A stretch of 64,000 nucleotides of DNA. It comes from Macrostomum lignano (Eukaryota). Of the stretch, positions 60,561 to 64,000 are shown one piece after another. The DNA lies in NCBI GenBank assembly GCA_002269645.1, contig NIVC01003827.1, positions 1 through 64,000 of the forward strand, read 5' to 3'. The notes beneath the pieces were generated by a model that made no database searches, was not told the origin of the DNA, and saw only the letters and a list, made by a program, of their open reading frames with translations. Both the position numbers and the translations under genes were made by a program. The stretch's first letter is position 1. Each line of letters begins with the position of its first letter.

Positions 60561-61719
60561 GCGACCCCCAGCTTGTCCCCCCAGCTGGGAAAGTACAACG
60601 TGTCGGGCTGCTATTTTGCAAATTAGAATAATGAGGAACGTGGGGGGAAAAAGTCGGCGTCACAACGAAGGAAAGGATGAGGCGATTCGCAAGGAGGCTG
60701 CAGCTCGTGGGAATTGGGACGCCGCCTTGAGCGAGAATTCCTGGCTCAGTGGGATTTGGCAAGATAGAATGAATTCGATGGGATGCCCTGCTTCACAGGA
60801 GTTGAGAATCCCGCGCGAGTCCGACTGAGGTAGCGAGTGAGAATAATGAGGCAGCCGACAATAAAGCTGTAAGACTGACACGCACACGGATGCGTACATT
60901 GTGCACCAGCGGCACTGACTCTCATTGCCGCGCTCACGGACAGCTGAAGCAGAAGACAGCTGCACTACAGAAGCAACAGACGGCCCCGTGTTCGCGGCAA
61001 AATGCATTGGCGAGGTTGGAAAGTTTTCAGTTCAAGGACTACTTAAGTAGATGGATGGGAAACTTCGTTTCTTGGAATGTTTTAGAAGGCCGGTTTTACC
61101 CGAAAGAATACATTAAGGAGAACGGAGGTTATTATTTTTTTAGCACAAAATTTGTTAGCTAGCTGAAAAAAAGTGGATTTTTTCTGTATCTCAGCAGTTC
61201 CTTCTCGAAAATCAGACTCAAGCAACTACTTTCCCCCAAAAGGTCTCAGAGAGCCGCTGCTCTGGGTTGAGTACTGCGGTAATATTCAAACTTTCCCTAA
61301 GGAACTGCTGAATATATCAGCGATGTTGAAAAGCGGCCAGCTGCCGCCACTCCGCGGAACTGGATCGAGGACAGAAGTTGTGCAGAATGCTGATCTTCTT
61401 GCATTCTGGGAAGACCCAGATCACGGATGAGGGGAGCCGGAAGATGAAAACATGACAGTTCGAGTTAAAAGGGCCGAACGATCCTGTTGGAATTCTGCCG
61501 ATGGCCGAAGTTCGAAATTTCGCACTAAAGGCTTTGCCAGAAATGCACCATTCAAAACTGCGATCGATCCCCGCTGGCACCAGGATTGAAGTCGCAGTGA
61601 ATGCGCAGATCAAAAACTGTTTCCATGCTTTGGCTTTAAGCGCAATGCAGCACTAATTAGTGGCAGCGTTTAGCAATTAATATGGAGAGTCATTTACTGC
61701 GTGTTTAATCATATGTAGA

Positions 61720-62465
61720 TGATAGATTAGCAATCCATTCTATTCCTTCATCACTGATGTAGGCTAGATTAGCAATCCATTCTATTCCTTCATGACTAAT
61801 GTAGGTGATAGATTAGCAATCCATTCTATTCCTTCATGACTAATGTAGGCTAGATTAGCAATCCATTCTATTCCTTCATGACTGATGTAGGCTAGATTAG
61901 CAATCCATTCTATTCCTTCATCTCTGATGTAGGCTAGATTAGCAATCCATTTTATTCCTTCATCTCTGATTTAGGCTAGATTAGCAATCCATTCTATTCC
62001 TTCATCACTGATATTAGCTAGACTAGCAATCCATTCTATTCCTTCATCACTGATGTTGGCTAGATTAGCAATCCATTCCATTCCTTAAACAGTGATTTTG
62101 GATAGATTAGCAATCCATTCTATTCCTTAAACAGTGATTTTTGGATAGATTAGCAATCCATTCTATTCCTTAAACAGTGATTTTGGATAGATTAGCAATC
62201 CATTCTATTTCTTAAACAGTGATTTTGGATAGATTAGCAATCCATTCTATTCCTTAAACAGTGATTTTGGATAGATTAGCAATCCATTCTATTCCTTAAA
62301 CAGTGGTTTTGGATAGATTAGCAATCCATTCTATTCCTTAAAAAGTGATGTTGGATAGATTAGCAATCCATGAACTATTCCTTAAACAGTGATTTTGGAC
62401 AGATTAGCAATCCATTCTATTCCTTAAACAGTGATTTTGGACAGATTAGCAATCCATTCTATCCC
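61720..62465. repeat. 42-bp minisatellite (TAGATTAGCAATCCATTCTATTCCTT + variable 16 bp), about 17 copies
   Basis: Constant left part; the right part changes stepwise along the array. Confidence 0.92.
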
Positions 62466-63105
62466 CTCACGCACTCGAGAGTTCGACAGTGCAGCGGTGC
62501 TCGCCCTGCAGTCCTCACCTGTCAGCAGTCAGCGGTAGAACACAGCAGCAGTTGCACTGCTGCAGCTCTTTCTATGACGTCACGGCAGTACTTTGTTCTT
62601 GTAGCAGAAATTTTCACCGTTATAGCTATACGGCATCACTCATAAATATTGTCTGGGGGTGAGCTGGGCTGCGCCGAAGTCCTGGTGGACAATGCCCCCC
62701 CCCCTGCTGCGCTGATAACCCCAGCAGCTCGCCAAGCTGCTCTGGGCTGGGGGCGCCCATCAGAGCGGATTGGCCGATAAGCGCACCTCAGGCGGCTGGG
62801 CTCTCCCGCATTGGCCCGGTCAGTTCTGCAGCAAAAAGAGCTGCCCACGCTCTGATGCCGCTGAGGGCCAAATTGATTGACCCCAGAGACTGGCTGGCAA
62901 CCGGCTGATGCCGCAGCGGCTTCCCCTATTCTTCAGTGTTTTATGAAATTGCCCTGAACACAATGGCGGCTAATCGCGCGTCCAGGAGAAATGCAGATTT
63001 TACAGCTTAGGCACGGGGGGACAAGAGATGCAGAGGATTCTGGGAGCCTGCAGAGGATGAGGATTGATGAGGATGCGAGGATTCTGCTCAAAAATATTTT
63101 GATCG

Positions 63106-63405
63106 CAGCAACTGAGGATCTGGGAGGCTGGCCCAGCAACTGAGGATCTGGGAGGCTGGCCCAGCAACTGAGGATCTGGGAGGCTGGCCCAGCAACTGAG
63201 GATCTGGGAGGCTGGCTTAGCAACTGAGGATCTGGGAGGCTCGCCCAGCAACTGAGGATCTGGGAGGCTGGCCCAGCAACTGGGGATCTGGGAGGCTGGC
63301 TCAGCAACTGAGGATCTGGGAGGCTGGCTCAGCAACTGAGGATCTGGGAGGCTGGCCCAGCAACTGAGGATCTGAGAGGCTGGCCCAGCAAGTGAGGATC
63401 TGCGA
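63106..63405. repeat. 28-bp minisatellite (CAGCAACTGAGGATCTGGGAGGCTGGCC), about 10 copies
   Basis: Direct reading. Confidence 0.92.
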
Positions 63406-64000
63406 TGTGGGAGTAAATCAGATGCAAAAAGTCGGAATTAACAAAGCCACTTACTGTCACACAGCATCTGATGTTTTCATTGACATTCATCTCAGCCATG
63501 CCTGAATCTCAAGATTCAAGAGGAAGGCAGAGCAGCAGGATCTGATTGAGAAGAAAAATCGGAATTGGTTTTCTGTTTTCCTATAGTTGGACTTGGCAGT
63601 AACCAGGAGATAAGTGCGCAGGAAAGATTGAGAGAGGTAAGGAAAAGAGTTAGGGAGAAGGGCGAGAGGGTGAGGGAGAGGGTGAGAGGGTGAGGAGAGG
63701 GTGAAGAAGATGGTGAGGGAGAGGGCGCAAATCAAACACATACGTACACTAGTCGTAGTAGGCAATGATTAGAAAATAACGACTGATTGATATATTTGAA
63801 GTCAGCGTGGATTTGCTGTGCGACTTGAATGGCAGATGCTTGTGGCACACAGTTGCCTTTTATTGCCTGTAGCTCTTTTTAGCACTAATAAAATCACAAT
63901 GGTGTCACCTTCTGGACTTCCAGAAGGCGCAAGCGGCTGTTTCATTCGAGGTGGCACTCGCAAGTTTGTCAAGAAAAAGTTTGAAATTAGCAATATTTTG

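Overview
Eukaryotic (animal) genomic DNA with spliced genes and roughly 40% short-period tandem repeats (more than 30 different minisatellites and microsatellites). This composition suggests a repeat-rich invertebrate such as the flatworm Macrostomum, but that is inference and the species was not verified. Supported genes are: (1) the 3' end of an ENTPD5/6-like apyrase with a frameshift; (2) a stonin/stoned-B endocytic adaptor; (3) an intronless orphan class A GPCR; (4) a head-to-head pair of secreted PAN/apple + fibrinogen-domain (FReD) genes; (5) a >30 kb DPP4-family gene with a DPP6/10-type N-terminus, an intact catalytic triad and four candidate alternative first coding exons. Two tRNA-derived SINE families are also present. 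The main points of interest are: the FReD pair is near-identical across a central tract but strongly diverged in the last 66 residues; many arrays appear to have been seeded from functional motifs (splice donors and acceptors, a SINE Pol III A box, a target-site duplication, E-boxes); and one 15-mer array occurs twice and shares an AGAGGCGCCA core with an array of different period. All gene models were built by hand from GT-AG and reading-frame logic. Array borders are approximate to a few bases. No CRISPR, rRNA or true tRNA genes are supported.
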